Shown here: positions 28,301-38,565 of the stretch, piece by piece
How the letters are laid out: every line of letters starts with the position of its first letter
Numbering within the stretch: the first letter of the stretch is position 1
Sequence record: OQ383623.1
Length of the DNA stretch: 64,000 bases
Strand: one strand, 5' to 3'
The notes under the pieces: generated by a model
Databases searched by the model: none
Told to the model about the DNA's origin: nothing
Seen by the model: the letters and a program-made list of their open reading frames with translations, nothing else
Translations under genes and position numbers: made by a program

Positions 28301-29096
28301 ACCTTTAACCGCAACAGCGGACAGTGTGCTAGAAACGGTAATTGGGTGTTGCCATCACTCGGCCACGTTCATGCACCGTATTTCTGTACTCGTCGCACGC
28401 ACCGCAGGGCGTATTACCACTCCAGGTGGTGTGAGCACGTATGCGGGAATCGCGGTTAACTACGGACGTGCTGCACAGGTTGTTATTGGCTTGAACGGTG
28501 TTACTGGTTCCGGCCATGACTGGACGGCACTTAATCCATCGGTGCGTTTCAGCCACACGCGAACAGCGGACGGTATTTCGTTCGAGGGAACGATTAACAT
28601 CGATTCCAAAACGATTAACTTTGAGCTGACGCTAACCGCGACAACAAAGACGCTGAAATACACCTTGCAGTCGACCGGCGAGTCGTGGACTGAGGATTTG
28701 TCTACCCGACTCCGTCCTGACTATATCGACTTGACGAAACTGATTACCGATCCGAGTACGCCGATTTATCACGGCATGGGTGGTTTGTTTAGTTCCGACA
28801 CAGAAGCGCGTTTGACTTACGCTAACCTGAACACGATGCCGACAAAGAATCGTTATTACGCCACGTTCCTTGACTATGCGATTAACTATTCCGGCTTAAA
28901 CCGCGCAAGATTCTTTACTGGCGTGGTGGATGCGGGTTCAACGATTAATGAGATGAACAGCGCGATGTGCAACTATTCATACAGTTCGTTCCGACCGGTG
29001 GATACAGGTAAAATTCCACTGGTGGCACACCCATCCAAGATGATGACGTTCAATCCGAAAAACACGTCAGCTCGAACACTTATTATTCGTGATTAA
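25383..29096 (+). CDS. tail fibre/baseplate-associated protein (paralog 1)
   Basis: Shared N-domain (PFY..SL.V..GG..L..G.DY), H..KDNPH and HTHT fibre motifs, FGLSNVQNIPD repeat. Confidence 0.75.
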   Translation: MAVVPDPHYQEPGNMQTGEAVTPIGTKYRMLFPAHAPFYTTSLVVKSGGKKLTLGDDYVITHAYVTGMARTGHVCHGGVWITNPKYQSGFTLDYHAIGIGEATAEMIAAEREANKDRYPVDCQWDNVIGDLYFPPVDIKFDWENWRGESELMEAIVAVGAKLGEAISRVDPIARNTLDLQYRAGVTLITSEQYATYDGTGGYTYNASRRRYSLSYQNTTFGAYSLAAKYRLPSIPPETTLNPGELIDWMLCYANGGASILRLQLKQRAIYLTLTTAIGSGSSNYSYTLTTGLTDTELAGEVEFSVVRREGNGIYDITVKTSKQTVNYSFNVDNPPSEFAPGYQKTDVAKWLKFKSGVNLNWWAGENDYVQIRSLPGAPSPDVNNDVYQLLVKYHQIVDKLYRDAPAHTHVPRKDNPHRDSWGAIRALENNGIASDATLVYGKTQPQLTDYVNNLLPKLSALANKLLRLPTAAQSINGTFGMKPGLTSITSAVGTDESEGVGAQFTVDPRVIRFIGRDSQTVNAGNNPITWQGGANQLILYPDSRGLEFNGKKLLDPTTVGPYLPGNESGGDGLFYGTSTATVTINGNGIQSVPFICTFVPPESDDLGLMAVRLLATEFGDREDLAATPALIKKLDQQFTGKLVAVKSYINDMPLTSSIYIDKTNFGLSNVQNIPDVQLPISPLQRAELDKYAVVGHTHTPAALGIKRATTTEFGLVQFGTAVDDATLALDGAEVIRQADAITEIEKVAKTVDSGASINIIRYGLPGTDIIENGITYTDWMVTIKANDYFVGREYKVPLSTFNLAELFPATHEDAEFGVYVDAAGDAGKYIIYENPNTAETETMTKIGSIITSETGVVFVEIRNVTRLGEFRELGEHIEDDNAHIRRGMTQAEFGFTYGTGGPVWSTGAPGTKRIDADWRYAQASSYTPMLKADYDPAADKWTFKTTSLSVADYRFVHNTFPMFQNNGITATWTPLTATADSVLETVIGCCHHSATFMHRISVLVARTAGRITTPGGVSTYAGIAVNYGRAAQVVIGLNGVTGSGHDWTALNPSVRFSHTRTADGISFEGTINIDSKTINFELTLTATTKTLKYTLQSTGESWTEDLSTRLRPDYIDLTKLITDPSTPIYHGMGGLFSSDTEARLTYANLNTMPTKNRYYATFLDYAINYSGLNRARFFTGVVDAGSTINEMNSAMCNYSYSSFRPVDTGKIPLVAHPSKMMTFNPKNTSARTLIIRD

Positions 29097-29108
29097 GGAG
29101 ATTTTTGA

Positions 29109-32100
29109 ATGAAAACGTATCCTTACGATCCTCGGGGTGTAAATCCTGAGTGTCACTTCATCGAGGAACGTATCATCGACTCCGACAATCCTAACGATCG
29201 GGTGGTGATGCTAGATCATCGCCCGTTTTTCGAAGGATTGGTGGTAAGGCTCGCCGGCTCGTCCATACCGCTTACCCGCGGGACGGACTATGAGCTGGAG
29301 TATGCTTTAACACCGTTGGACGACTCGGTGACGACCCCGGTGTTTTGCGGGGTGCATCTTATTAACCCTAAACTGCGTGGTGCGGTGGTCTTTGAAGGCC
29401 AGATGCTTGGGGGTACGTTTTACAGTGGTTTGATTGAGATGTTGGATGAGCTAGTTAAGGCACTCAACAACCCAACGGCTGCAGATTGGCTGCTTTTAGG
29501 TAATCGTCCTTCCCTGTACCCAGCCACCCCTGCAGCGGTAGCTTGGTCGGACATGCTGAATAAAAAGTATGTTGCCTCTGCAGTGCATGATGTGGAGTTA
29601 GATGCCGGGGCGGCCAACGAGCAGATTCGTGAAAAGCTTACTGAGCTGAAAGATGCGGTTTTGGGCTTAGGAACTGAAATCGCCACATTTAACTACCCCG
29701 GACACATTGCGTCCACTAACCCCCACGGGACTACCGCGGCGCAGGCCGGTGCGCATCCTGTCAACCTGAAAACGCCAGATACTTTCCTGGCGTATGGAAA
29801 GACGTTGCGTCAGTTAACCAGCGAGGTCCGTGCACTGGGTCTGCAACAATCGGATATCGACAAGTACATTTCTAAATGGGTATCGAAAGAATCCAAAGGG
29901 GTGTTTAATGCGACGATATCCGGTACTCGTGCCCTGTTCCGTTCTCCTGCTGGTGAATCCGAAATTGTGTTCTCTGCTGAGGCATTCACTCTTAAATCTA
30001 ATGGCTCTGTTGTGTTGGCGTGTGGGTATGCCGACACTACTGGAACCACCCGGTTTATGGAGTGGAAAGCAGGCATCAATACATTACGTATTGAGTCGAC
30101 TGGCAGTGCCTTGGGGATGGATAAGCTGACGCTTAATGGCACGACGTTACTGACCACAACTGCTCTCATGGGCTATCAACAAGACCCTGGTACCGGCGGT
30201 GGTACCGTTGACCCGGATGACAACAAACTGTACATTAGCGGGGTGAACGGCATTACTTTCACGGGTAAAGGGTCAAAAGCCGATCCCGTCACCGGGAAGG
30301 TCACAGCCAAACCCGCGACGACCTCTGAACCCGGCGTTGTGACGCTGACTGATAAGCCGAGCGATGTAGTCAAGGGACAAGCAGTCACCCCAGCTTCGCT
30401 CTTACCGTACGAGGGTGATCTGTCTTCGTACGTCAGGAAGACAACGCTACTGAATAACCAGCCGATGGACACTGGTAGCCGAACGCTAACGAAAAAGGAT
30501 TTGGGTCTGGACTTGGCTGATAACACAGCTGACGTCGATAAACCACTTTCTGATGCGTTGGCAGAAGCAGTTACCGGTCTTAGTGATAAAGGTCACCATC
30601 ACAACTTCGCCGATTTACAGATCCCAACGGCTTCTCAAACAGTTCCCGGTATCGCTCGATATTCTACCAACCTAAACGGCTTGTCAGATAATCGCGGCGT
30701 TACCCCGAATGTTCTGTACGATCTGTCAAAACGTTTAGACGTAGTTGCAGCTGCGCTAGCAAACGCGAAAGAGGATTCCGTGGCCGATTTTGCCGCTGTG
30801 CGTGGTAAGACTTGGACTGTGGGATCTACACGTACCACCCTCGCCGTAACGGATTTGAATTATTTCTATCTGTTAAATGGTGCACGTAAAGAGGGGACGG
30901 TATCTGGTTCGATAGACCTGCAAACCACACCGATGTTCCAGTGGTTCTCTCCAGATAACCGTATGGAAAGAACGTGGCAGAACGCGGTAATTAATACCGG
31001 TGCCGGTATTGATTTTAGTGGGTTTGAGGTTGCCGTCCCGGAAACGAACTACGGTGCGCAGATTGGGTTAACGACAACCGGAATGGGTGATTTGTCGGTC
31101 GTTAACCTCTTGGCGAAAACGTGGGTTCGTTGCGACTCTGGTAAGCTGCGGATTTGGGTTCGTGGCGGTGGTGCTGTTTCTGTTTATCTGGACGGTGAAA
31201 TTATCGGTGCGGGTATTACAGAAGCGGGGTATCTGGAGGCGACTGTCAAAGAGGGGTGGAAGCAACACTGCTTAGCATTCCGTGCAGAATGTAACGATAG
31301 CGCTAAAGCAGCCGCAATTCGTTTCACAATTTACGACGGTGACTTTGCGGTTGGGGCCTCGGATAAAAACACCAAAGTCGCCCGCCTGCAGGAGTTTGTT
31401 AAGACGCCGAACGGTTTAAGGCATTACCTCTATGTGAACATGATAACCGATGCGTTATATTCGCGCGCCGAACCTATTGTGGACACGGAAGGTATTAACT
31501 TGGAACGCGGCTATATCGGCCACATTGATGTCCCTGACGCGGGATTGGTTGCAGGCACGACTTACGAGTTTGAAACGACGTTTGACTTCGGCATGGCGTC
31601 CGAACTTAAACGGCACTTCGAAACACGTCTAGCACACGGGGTGAGTAACAGCGACTGGTCGTTGACGGATAACCCGAAAATGCTGCCGTTGAATAAGGTT
31701 GATCCATTACCTAAACAATGGCTGTATGCGTATCCAACTAACCCGTCTGTTTCTGGGGATAACCTCGTTCGTTTAGATCGTGGGTTATTTGATTATAAAT
31801 TCGTAAGTGCCACCTCGCTCAGGATTCTTCTTGCGGCGGTTGTTTCCACTGAAAACGCGTCCCCGTATTGCTGGTTTACACCAAGCAACCCGAAAGAAAA
31901 TGGAATGGCGACATTCGAGGGTTCGGTGGTAATCGACACTGATTATCCTGAAGTCCCAAAAACCTCGGACGTCGAAGTTTCATTAAACTTCATGGCCCCT
32001 TCTGCTGATGGGAAAGGTAAAACCAGAGTCCTGCGGTGGAGTAACTCCCGCACCAGTTTAAACTGCGGCTTTATTGCTGCGCCGTACGATAAACCAACTG

Positions 32101-33239
32101 GAAGAATTGCCACCACACAATCCAGCGTTACTAATACGCTGGTTGATGCACCTCGTGTAATCAAGAGCGTGGATGTTCAGTCGCCTGACTGTTTAGACTA
32201 TCTCCCGGTTTCAATCGCTAGCGAGTTCGCAGCCATTGGTTCGCGCTGGCTTATTCGTTATCGCTATATTGTTGATACGCAGATACTGCGAATATCGTCG
32301 ATTAGTAAGATAGGCGGCCAGGCTTCGGCAACTATTCGTGAGATAGAATACGACCTTCCGTTTGACGCGATTGATTATTTTAAAGGCGGCGCTTTATCGA
32401 TTAGTGTTACTGGCATCGAAACTGGTGAAGGCGTCACAATCAACCACGGTTTGATGGACCCTTCCACAACAGAAGTAGATTTAAATCGTTTCCATTATCT
32501 ACGCTCGCTATTTGAGTCGTATATTGAGCGTTCTCCGGATAGCCAGTCTTCTGGGCATGAGGAGATGTCGATATCAACCGTCGCGTTCGCGAACTTTGGA
32601 GATAACGTCGATAACCCGGTTACGGAATACATCACGATGTCTGCTGCAAGTGAGGGTTATCCGGAACTTGCACCGAACGGTAAACTCCCAGCGCCGTTTT
32701 ACAAAGGGCTGCAGAAACGTGGTGCTCCGCTACTTGAGTCGGCTCCTGCAGACTATACGTCTAACGGTGGTGAATGGAAGTACGGCTTTATGCGGGCTTA
32801 TCGCCCGACTCAAAATGAGCGTTTTGTGTCGGTAAATGGGACAATGCTCTCTAACTACCCTGGATATATCATCGTGGGTAGTGAGAAAATTCCGGGTAAT
32901 GTTATACCTTTCAGTGCATCGACAACAGCTGTTCAGATATCTGGGACTCTTGCCCGCACGAAACCGATGCAGCCAATTCACATCGTGTTCGTGCCTCCGG
33001 AAGGTTCTGTGCCGCCGCTGCAAGCGAAGTTCACTATTAATGGCGTGGGCAGTAGCGGTAATCCGATGTTCGTGATTACTGAAACGACACCGGTGGAACT
33101 TCGCACTGGTGGCGAGACGATTCTCATTGAGAAGCGTAATCCATTCCATATCCCCACCAGGACATGGGATTGGATTTTACAAACGTTGGATACTGAACGT
33201 AGAAACGAAGGCAACAACTCGGGTGAGTGGGCCTCTTAG
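29109..33239 (+). CDS. tail fibre/baseplate-associated protein (paralog 2)
   Basis: YPYDPRG...PFF...LTRGTDYEL N-domain; HIASTNPHGTTAAQAG; LGLDLADNTADVDKPLS; HHH. Confidence 0.75.
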   Translation: MKTYPYDPRGVNPECHFIEERIIDSDNPNDRVVMLDHRPFFEGLVVRLAGSSIPLTRGTDYELEYALTPLDDSVTTPVFCGVHLINPKLRGAVVFEGQMLGGTFYSGLIEMLDELVKALNNPTAADWLLLGNRPSLYPATPAAVAWSDMLNKKYVASAVHDVELDAGAANEQIREKLTELKDAVLGLGTEIATFNYPGHIASTNPHGTTAAQAGAHPVNLKTPDTFLAYGKTLRQLTSEVRALGLQQSDIDKYISKWVSKESKGVFNATISGTRALFRSPAGESEIVFSAEAFTLKSNGSVVLACGYADTTGTTRFMEWKAGINTLRIESTGSALGMDKLTLNGTTLLTTTALMGYQQDPGTGGGTVDPDDNKLYISGVNGITFTGKGSKADPVTGKVTAKPATTSEPGVVTLTDKPSDVVKGQAVTPASLLPYEGDLSSYVRKTTLLNNQPMDTGSRTLTKKDLGLDLADNTADVDKPLSDALAEAVTGLSDKGHHHNFADLQIPTASQTVPGIARYSTNLNGLSDNRGVTPNVLYDLSKRLDVVAAALANAKEDSVADFAAVRGKTWTVGSTRTTLAVTDLNYFYLLNGARKEGTVSGSIDLQTTPMFQWFSPDNRMERTWQNAVINTGAGIDFSGFEVAVPETNYGAQIGLTTTGMGDLSVVNLLAKTWVRCDSGKLRIWVRGGGAVSVYLDGEIIGAGITEAGYLEATVKEGWKQHCLAFRAECNDSAKAAAIRFTIYDGDFAVGASDKNTKVARLQEFVKTPNGLRHYLYVNMITDALYSRAEPIVDTEGINLERGYIGHIDVPDAGLVAGTTYEFETTFDFGMASELKRHFETRLAHGVSNSDWSLTDNPKMLPLNKVDPLPKQWLYAYPTNPSVSGDNLVRLDRGLFDYKFVSATSLRILLAAVVSTENASPYCWFTPSNPKENGMATFEGSVVIDTDYPEVPKTSDVEVSLNFMAPSADGKGKTRVLRWSNSRTSLNCGFIAAPYDKPTGRIATTQSSVTNTLVDAPRVIKSVDVQSPDCLDYLPVSIASEFAAIGSRWLIRYRYIVDTQILRISSISKIGGQASATIREIEYDLPFDAIDYFKGGALSISVTGIETGEGVTINHGLMDPSTTEVDLNRFHYLRSLFESYIERSPDSQSSGHEEMSISTVAFANFGDNVDNPVTEYITMSAASEGYPELAPNGKLPAPFYKGLQKRGAPLLESAPADYTSNGGEWKYGFMRAYRPTQNERFVSVNGTMLSNYPGYIIVGSEKIPGNVIPFSASTTAVQISGTLARTKPMQPIHIVFVPPEGSVPPLQAKFTINGVGSSGNPMFVITETTPVELRTGGETILIEKRNPFHIPTRTWDWILQTLDTERRNEGNNSGEWAS

Positions 33240-33334
33240 GACGGACTGCCTACGGGCGGGTAGTCCGTAGGTAAACCGCCCTTCCGTTATTGGGAGGGCG
33301 GTCTCCGTTTTATTACAGATTAGGAGTGTTTGCA

Positions 33335-36300
33335 ATGCCGAGAGAAGATGCGGCGCAGTTTAACGGTACCCTCAGTACCGCTACTTACCCGAACCGTTAT
33401 TCGACGGTCATTCCCGTCGAAGCACCGTTCTATCGCATCGGGTTAACGTTAACCGTTACCGATAAAGCAACCGGAACCAAACGCAAGTTAATAGAAGGTC
33501 TTGATTATTTCTTAGGACATTACTTCCAGGAATTAGCCGAGGCTGAGAACGATGCAATATACGGCAGCATAATGCTGCTGAACGCCACAGAGGTAGAATA
33601 CGAGTTGTTGTCGGTTGGTCGACAGTATCGCATCCCTGCTTCTGAAATCGGCAAGTATCTGGTTAAGACGGATATGAAAGACCCGCGCAACTGCGATTGG
33701 TCTGAGCTGATGAAATATCCACCGATTATCTCGCCAATTGACCCGCCAAAAGATCTCGAAGAAGCGATTCTTCGCGATGAAATCGTAAAGGCGTTGGAAG
33801 ATATCCGTCTGGGTATTTTAGAGCGCGCCCACGAACTGGATGAGGCATTTGCCGAAGTTACCGATTTGATTTATCAGAACGGTAAACAGGTGTTTGATGA
33901 CGAAATGTATCAACACCACCTGATTAAAAATGCACATGGTTACACCTGCGGTGACATTGGCGCACTCCCTGTGCTCGGTAAGGCCGTGGATGCGACTAAA
34001 GCGTTTGGACGTACACTGGCAGAGTTAGTGACGTTAATGTCTACCAGTGGCATCCAACAGAAACACGTTGACATGCTTCTGGATAATACCCTGGGCGATT
34101 TACTGGGCCGTATGCGTGTTCTGAATAACGACGCGATTACGTTCCAAACAACGTCTGGTCACGTTATCAGCATGAAGGGTGAGAAGTTCATCATCACCTC
34201 GACAAAACCGCTGGTATTAAAAGCTGACCAGGATAACAACGAACCGGGTATCGCTACGGAGTTCAGTGCTGGTCTGAACACGCTTTGGGTTCACTCGGGT
34301 AAAGCAGGTGACAAGTGGGGCGCTTATGATGCAGGTGTGCTTGCACCTGTGTATAACAGCGTGTATCTCGTTACACCGGATATGGTTAAGATGTACTTGA
34401 CCTCGGTGAAGATACTTCCAGCAAACGCCTACTTCAAGTCCAGCGACACGTTGAAGATTTACGGCTCTGGTAAAGAAACAAACAAAGTTTACATGAATGC
34501 GGAGCTGCCTGCAGCAACCACAACTGTGCAGGGTTTGTTTGCGATTACTAACCTCTCGGCATCCGCTGCGGCGTCCACTGCAATCTCTCAAAAAGCTGTT
34601 ACTGACTTGAAGAACAAACTCGACGGATATGTGGACGACACGTATACAGTCAACGGTAAAGGGTTTGTATTAGATTCAAACGGGCAGATGCATCTGACCT
34701 TAACCGCGGCAGATTTCGGTATTGAGAAAATGGACAATACCGGACCGTTAGAAAAGCCAGTTACTAACGCATTGCGTACCGTGCTATCAGGCAAAGCGCT
34801 TACAACGCACACCCACACCATTGCAGATCTAGATAACGTGCCGTACGCATCCACGTCTGTTACAGGTTTGGCTAAACTGTGGGATGCAATCGACACTACC
34901 TCGGATAAGATGGTCACTTCGCGTCAGGGCTTCTTGCTTGAACAAAAGATTGACACACTGAATGACAAGATTGGTACGTTATTACCGGCGTGGACTGTCG
35001 GCGGATCATCGTACGGCAACAATAACTTCTTGCCTATACCAGTCCAGGGGAACTACGAAGGGTATACCAAAAACCAAACCTGGCAGAAAGGTTTGGCGCG
35101 TTACGAGTCTGGTAAGGTTTACTCGCTCCGTAACGGTTCTAACGGGAATCCACCAGGTGACTGGGCTATCTATTACGCCTATGCTGATGTGTCGCCAAGC
35201 AATACGCTGGAAAATATGCAGCAGACGTCCGTACGTTATCGACCCGCTGGAATGTCGGCGTATCCTGGGGTGAATCTGGTTGCTATTGTGATTACCGGTA
35301 CAGATGCAATGATCTGCTTAGGCAGTGATGGTGCGTATTACCTGGTCATCTTTGACGGCACCATTGACCATGCAAAACATCATCGTGTTGTTAAAGTTCA
35401 GTTGGGCGATTACCGAAATGGTAACGCGGCCGGTGTGATTACAACCGCTCCATGGGTTGTTGATCCATCAACAAACGATTTGATCGTTTGCAACGAGCGG
35501 GTTTATCTGCTCCGTACTGTGCTTACCTCCGGTGACTATTTCGTGAGTATGCGTAGCATCGCACTCGACGAACTTAATCTGGGTGGTAGCAACACGTTTG
35601 TGGCGGATGTGTTAACAGGTGGGATGTTAACGTCGGGAGATAATATCTACTTGCGTCAGGGTCAGAAACGTTCTGATACAGATGTGTTGGTAGCGCCAGT
35701 AACACAAATCTACGCAGACGCATCGGCGAAGTGGAATAGTGCGCGAAATTTCGTCCATGGTCCGGAATGTAATCACGCGATTGGTGTGGATGGGTTGAAC
35801 TTTCGTGTTGGTTTAACTCCAACGGTTTGGTTTGCTTCTACTACAGGGCAAACTATTAACTTTAAACAATGGGTGTCAAGCTTTGTTGTTGATTGTAGTT
35901 CAATGACGATAACGCTGGAAGGTGCTGATCGATTCCCTATTGTGGCCGATCTTACCACGGTTCGTTATAACGGTGGCGCTGAGATTGGGATTCCGAGCCG
36001 GAAATGGGGCGAAGGTCAAGCTAATAACCGAACCTTTGCAACATCGCAAGACAAGTATATCGTTTCGCAAGGACATGCAGGCGATCGCGACCTAATGCCT
36101 TATGTCACGATTACAACGTTAGATGACGGTGTGAGTTGGTACGAGTACCTGTCGTGCGACTACAACTTCAGTGCCAGAAGTTTTAGTGCGGTAATGTTAA
36201 ACCAAGGTCGTGGTTCTATCTACGAGCTGGGTATGGCGTATCCGCTGACTCTGGGAGCGAATTCCAGACTTATCTGGTTGTCACAGCCGCGTACCCGTTT

Positions 36301-38518
36301 GGCAATTGAAGTTGAGTTTGATCCGAACACCACTTATTCAGGTAAAGCGGGGTATGGACCAACTAACAATCGTCGTGTAGTAGATTCTACCACGTACGAG
36401 AATCTGTCGCAGATGTGCCACATTGTTACACCGGCGTCGCCTGGTACAGAGTTAAACGGCTGGTATTGCACAGGACCAGAAACATTCCCTTACCACAACG
36501 TTTCTGGCACTTTCACGATTCATGCCGATCGGTTGACGCTGTCACAAGCCGAATGGGATAAGATGAAGCAGATGATCATCGACGGCGCACCGGCTGGCGC
36601 TGCGAATGGTTATGCTTCGGAATTTATCCTTGCCGCAAATAACGCCGGAAAGGCACTGTTCTCCATTTGGTTCATCGGCATTGGTACGGCCACACCGCTC
36701 ACGTTAGCACAAGTAGCATGTACGCGTACTGTGAACAATGTTAACTTGTTGGATATCTACTACTTTACACTGAAACCAACAATCAGCAACGGGCAGGTAA
36801 CATTCCCGGCAGCGATATTGGCATTGTTTGACTTCTATAACAACCTCGACTATGGCTTGAACTATGCTACGTTGGGTGAGATAACGGGAGGAAAAACACG
36901 CCGGCCGGGACAACCTACACTGGTGTCAGTAGATGGTACTCAGTTCGGGTTGTATCTTCCACACACGTTAACCTTGCGCCAAATTGGCGACTTGGGTGCG
37001 CTTAACTACGGTGTTGGTCTTACGCTGTCTAATGGTACCTGGACGCGTTCTTCTGCTCCACACGGCATTGGACGCATGGCACCATCCCACACTCCAGTCA
37101 GCCCAGCTTATCTGGCTCATCGTGATCAGGTGATGCTACACAACTCATCTCTCGACTACGTCTATTGTGGTGGTATCGCAATGTCGTCGAGAGATTTTGT
37201 CGCGGCTCCTAATTTTAGTGGCCCGACTGAATCGGTTGTCATTGCTGGTGTGGAAACAGCCGAAGGTTGGCTGGTATATGTGACTGAGGAAGTTAACCTG
37301 CGTTTCGGCTCGAGCACTTATAAGCTGCCTACGTGGTATATTGACCTCAGCGCAGCATTTCCAACAAACCATCAGAACCGGACATTCTACCTGCACGCCA
37401 AGGTAGAAAATGGTACACCGAAGTACGTAATGGACGTGACTCAACATCCAGACACTGAAACGGAACTCTATATCGGGTATGTTAAAACGGGCTCGTCGCG
37501 AGTCGTCGAGACTAACGTCGAACATGCTAAGCGATTGGGGGCGGTGAAACAACTGTTGGAACATGCGGCGGTTGAGAATAAGCATGATGTGGAAGTGGGA
37601 AGGGATGCAGCAACGGGCAGACTGGCACCATTGCGTAAAGAAGCGATGGGTCCTTTGTCGATCGATGCTACGAAAGGCTATCTAGATAGTCAGTTGCTTT
37701 ATACCGTATCTGACGCACAGCGTCGCGGTAAAGCGATGGTGTCCAAACGTTTCGAAGGCTTGAAAACTTTGCCGGCGTTTACTCAGGCAAACAAGTCGGG
37801 GGCGTTTTGGAAACATCCTACAACAATTGCGACGGTAACGGCCGATGAGAACGGTGAAGCGGCATCGTTGGGAATGGAGTGGGTAGGTATTCCAACGCCC
37901 GCTTTCTCTCCGACCTCAACGAACTTGATGGTGGTGGTGCAAAGTAAATTCGTCGTCCCAGGTACACCGGGAGTAGAAACGACCTTTAATGTCCACGTTG
38001 CCCCATGGGAGGCGGTGGATGGCTTTTTCTACAACGTCGAAGCGGAAGGTACGGATGTTAACATTGATGAAAATCCAGAAGTGTTATTGCCGTCACCACA
38101 CACCGTGCACCACAAACAGCACTCTCTGCCAGCAGGCGTGCCGTGCACCTTTACATTTGTCGCGGCGGTAAGTTCTTCAGCGCTCGAAACAGCTAACCAG
38201 CATATTTGCTCTTGGCTTTTCACTGACGCTGGGGGACTACCAATCACCACCGATCTTTCGGATAGTAAGATTCAAATCTTACCACAGCCGGGAGAGACCA
38301 ACGGCACACCAGTTGTTCTGAACAGTCGTAGCTACACGTTTACGAATGTGACAGGTGCAATCCCGGTTGTTACCACGGGCGCTCAGGGTTTATTCCCACC
38401 ACCGATCGTGGCGTGGGATGGCGATGATCTTACGTTAACGATTGCGCACGATTGGGTGAACGAGAGAGGACGTCAACAGCCTGATATTATCCAGGTCAAT
38501 CTTATGTTCCGTACCTAA
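33335..38518 (+). CDS. tail fibre protein (paralog 3)
   Basis: PFY...LIEGLDY N-domain; FGIEKMDNTGPLEKPVT; HTHTIADL; ATTTVQG/ASTSVTG fibre repeats; RBS AGGAG before ATG 33335. Confidence 0.75.
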   Translation: MPREDAAQFNGTLSTATYPNRYSTVIPVEAPFYRIGLTLTVTDKATGTKRKLIEGLDYFLGHYFQELAEAENDAIYGSIMLLNATEVEYELLSVGRQYRIPASEIGKYLVKTDMKDPRNCDWSELMKYPPIISPIDPPKDLEEAILRDEIVKALEDIRLGILERAHELDEAFAEVTDLIYQNGKQVFDDEMYQHHLIKNAHGYTCGDIGALPVLGKAVDATKAFGRTLAELVTLMSTSGIQQKHVDMLLDNTLGDLLGRMRVLNNDAITFQTTSGHVISMKGEKFIITSTKPLVLKADQDNNEPGIATEFSAGLNTLWVHSGKAGDKWGAYDAGVLAPVYNSVYLVTPDMVKMYLTSVKILPANAYFKSSDTLKIYGSGKETNKVYMNAELPAATTTVQGLFAITNLSASAAASTAISQKAVTDLKNKLDGYVDDTYTVNGKGFVLDSNGQMHLTLTAADFGIEKMDNTGPLEKPVTNALRTVLSGKALTTHTHTIADLDNVPYASTSVTGLAKLWDAIDTTSDKMVTSRQGFLLEQKIDTLNDKIGTLLPAWTVGGSSYGNNNFLPIPVQGNYEGYTKNQTWQKGLARYESGKVYSLRNGSNGNPPGDWAIYYAYADVSPSNTLENMQQTSVRYRPAGMSAYPGVNLVAIVITGTDAMICLGSDGAYYLVIFDGTIDHAKHHRVVKVQLGDYRNGNAAGVITTAPWVVDPSTNDLIVCNERVYLLRTVLTSGDYFVSMRSIALDELNLGGSNTFVADVLTGGMLTSGDNIYLRQGQKRSDTDVLVAPVTQIYADASAKWNSARNFVHGPECNHAIGVDGLNFRVGLTPTVWFASTTGQTINFKQWVSSFVVDCSSMTITLEGADRFPIVADLTTVRYNGGAEIGIPSRKWGEGQANNRTFATSQDKYIVSQGHAGDRDLMPYVTITTLDDGVSWYEYLSCDYNFSARSFSAVMLNQGRGSIYELGMAYPLTLGANSRLIWLSQPRTRLAIEVEFDPNTTYSGKAGYGPTNNRRVVDSTTYENLSQMCHIVTPASPGTELNGWYCTGPETFPYHNVSGTFTIHADRLTLSQAEWDKMKQMIIDGAPAGAANGYASEFILAANNAGKALFSIWFIGIGTATPLTLAQVACTRTVNNVNLLDIYYFTLKPTISNGQVTFPAAILALFDFYNNLDYGLNYATLGEITGGKTRRPGQPTLVSVDGTQFGLYLPHTLTLRQIGDLGALNYGVGLTLSNGTWTRSSAPHGIGRMAPSHTPVSPAYLAHRDQVMLHNSSLDYVYCGGIAMSSRDFVAAPNFSGPTESVVIAGVETAEGWLVYVTEEVNLRFGSSTYKLPTWYIDLSAAFPTNHQNRTFYLHAKVENGTPKYVMDVTQHPDTETELYIGYVKTGSSRVVETNVEHAKRLGAVKQLLEHAAVENKHDVEVGRDAATGRLAPLRKEAMGPLSIDATKGYLDSQLLYTVSDAQRRGKAMVSKRFEGLKTLPAFTQANKSGAFWKHPTTIATVTADENGEAASLGMEWVGIPTPAFSPTSTNLMVVVQSKFVVPGTPGVETTFNVHVAPWEAVDGFFYNVEAEGTDVNIDENPEVLLPSPHTVHHKQHSLPAGVPCTFTFVAAVSSSALETANQHICSWLFTDAGGLPITTDLSDSKIQILPQPGETNGTPVVLNSRSYTFTNVTGAIPVVTTGAQGLFPPPIVAWDGDDLTLTIAHDWVNERGRQQPDIIQVNLMFRT

Positions 38519-38565
38519 CAGATAGCGCTATGGGGCAAGGAAGCCCCAATCAAAGGAGTTTGGCA

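Noticed and set aside
33290-33334. 5' extension of the 1742-aa ORF; likewise 38530, 41753, 43909, 48658 and 56695
   Set aside because: The upstream starts lack an RBS or run through hairpins; downstream starts with clear RBSs were used.
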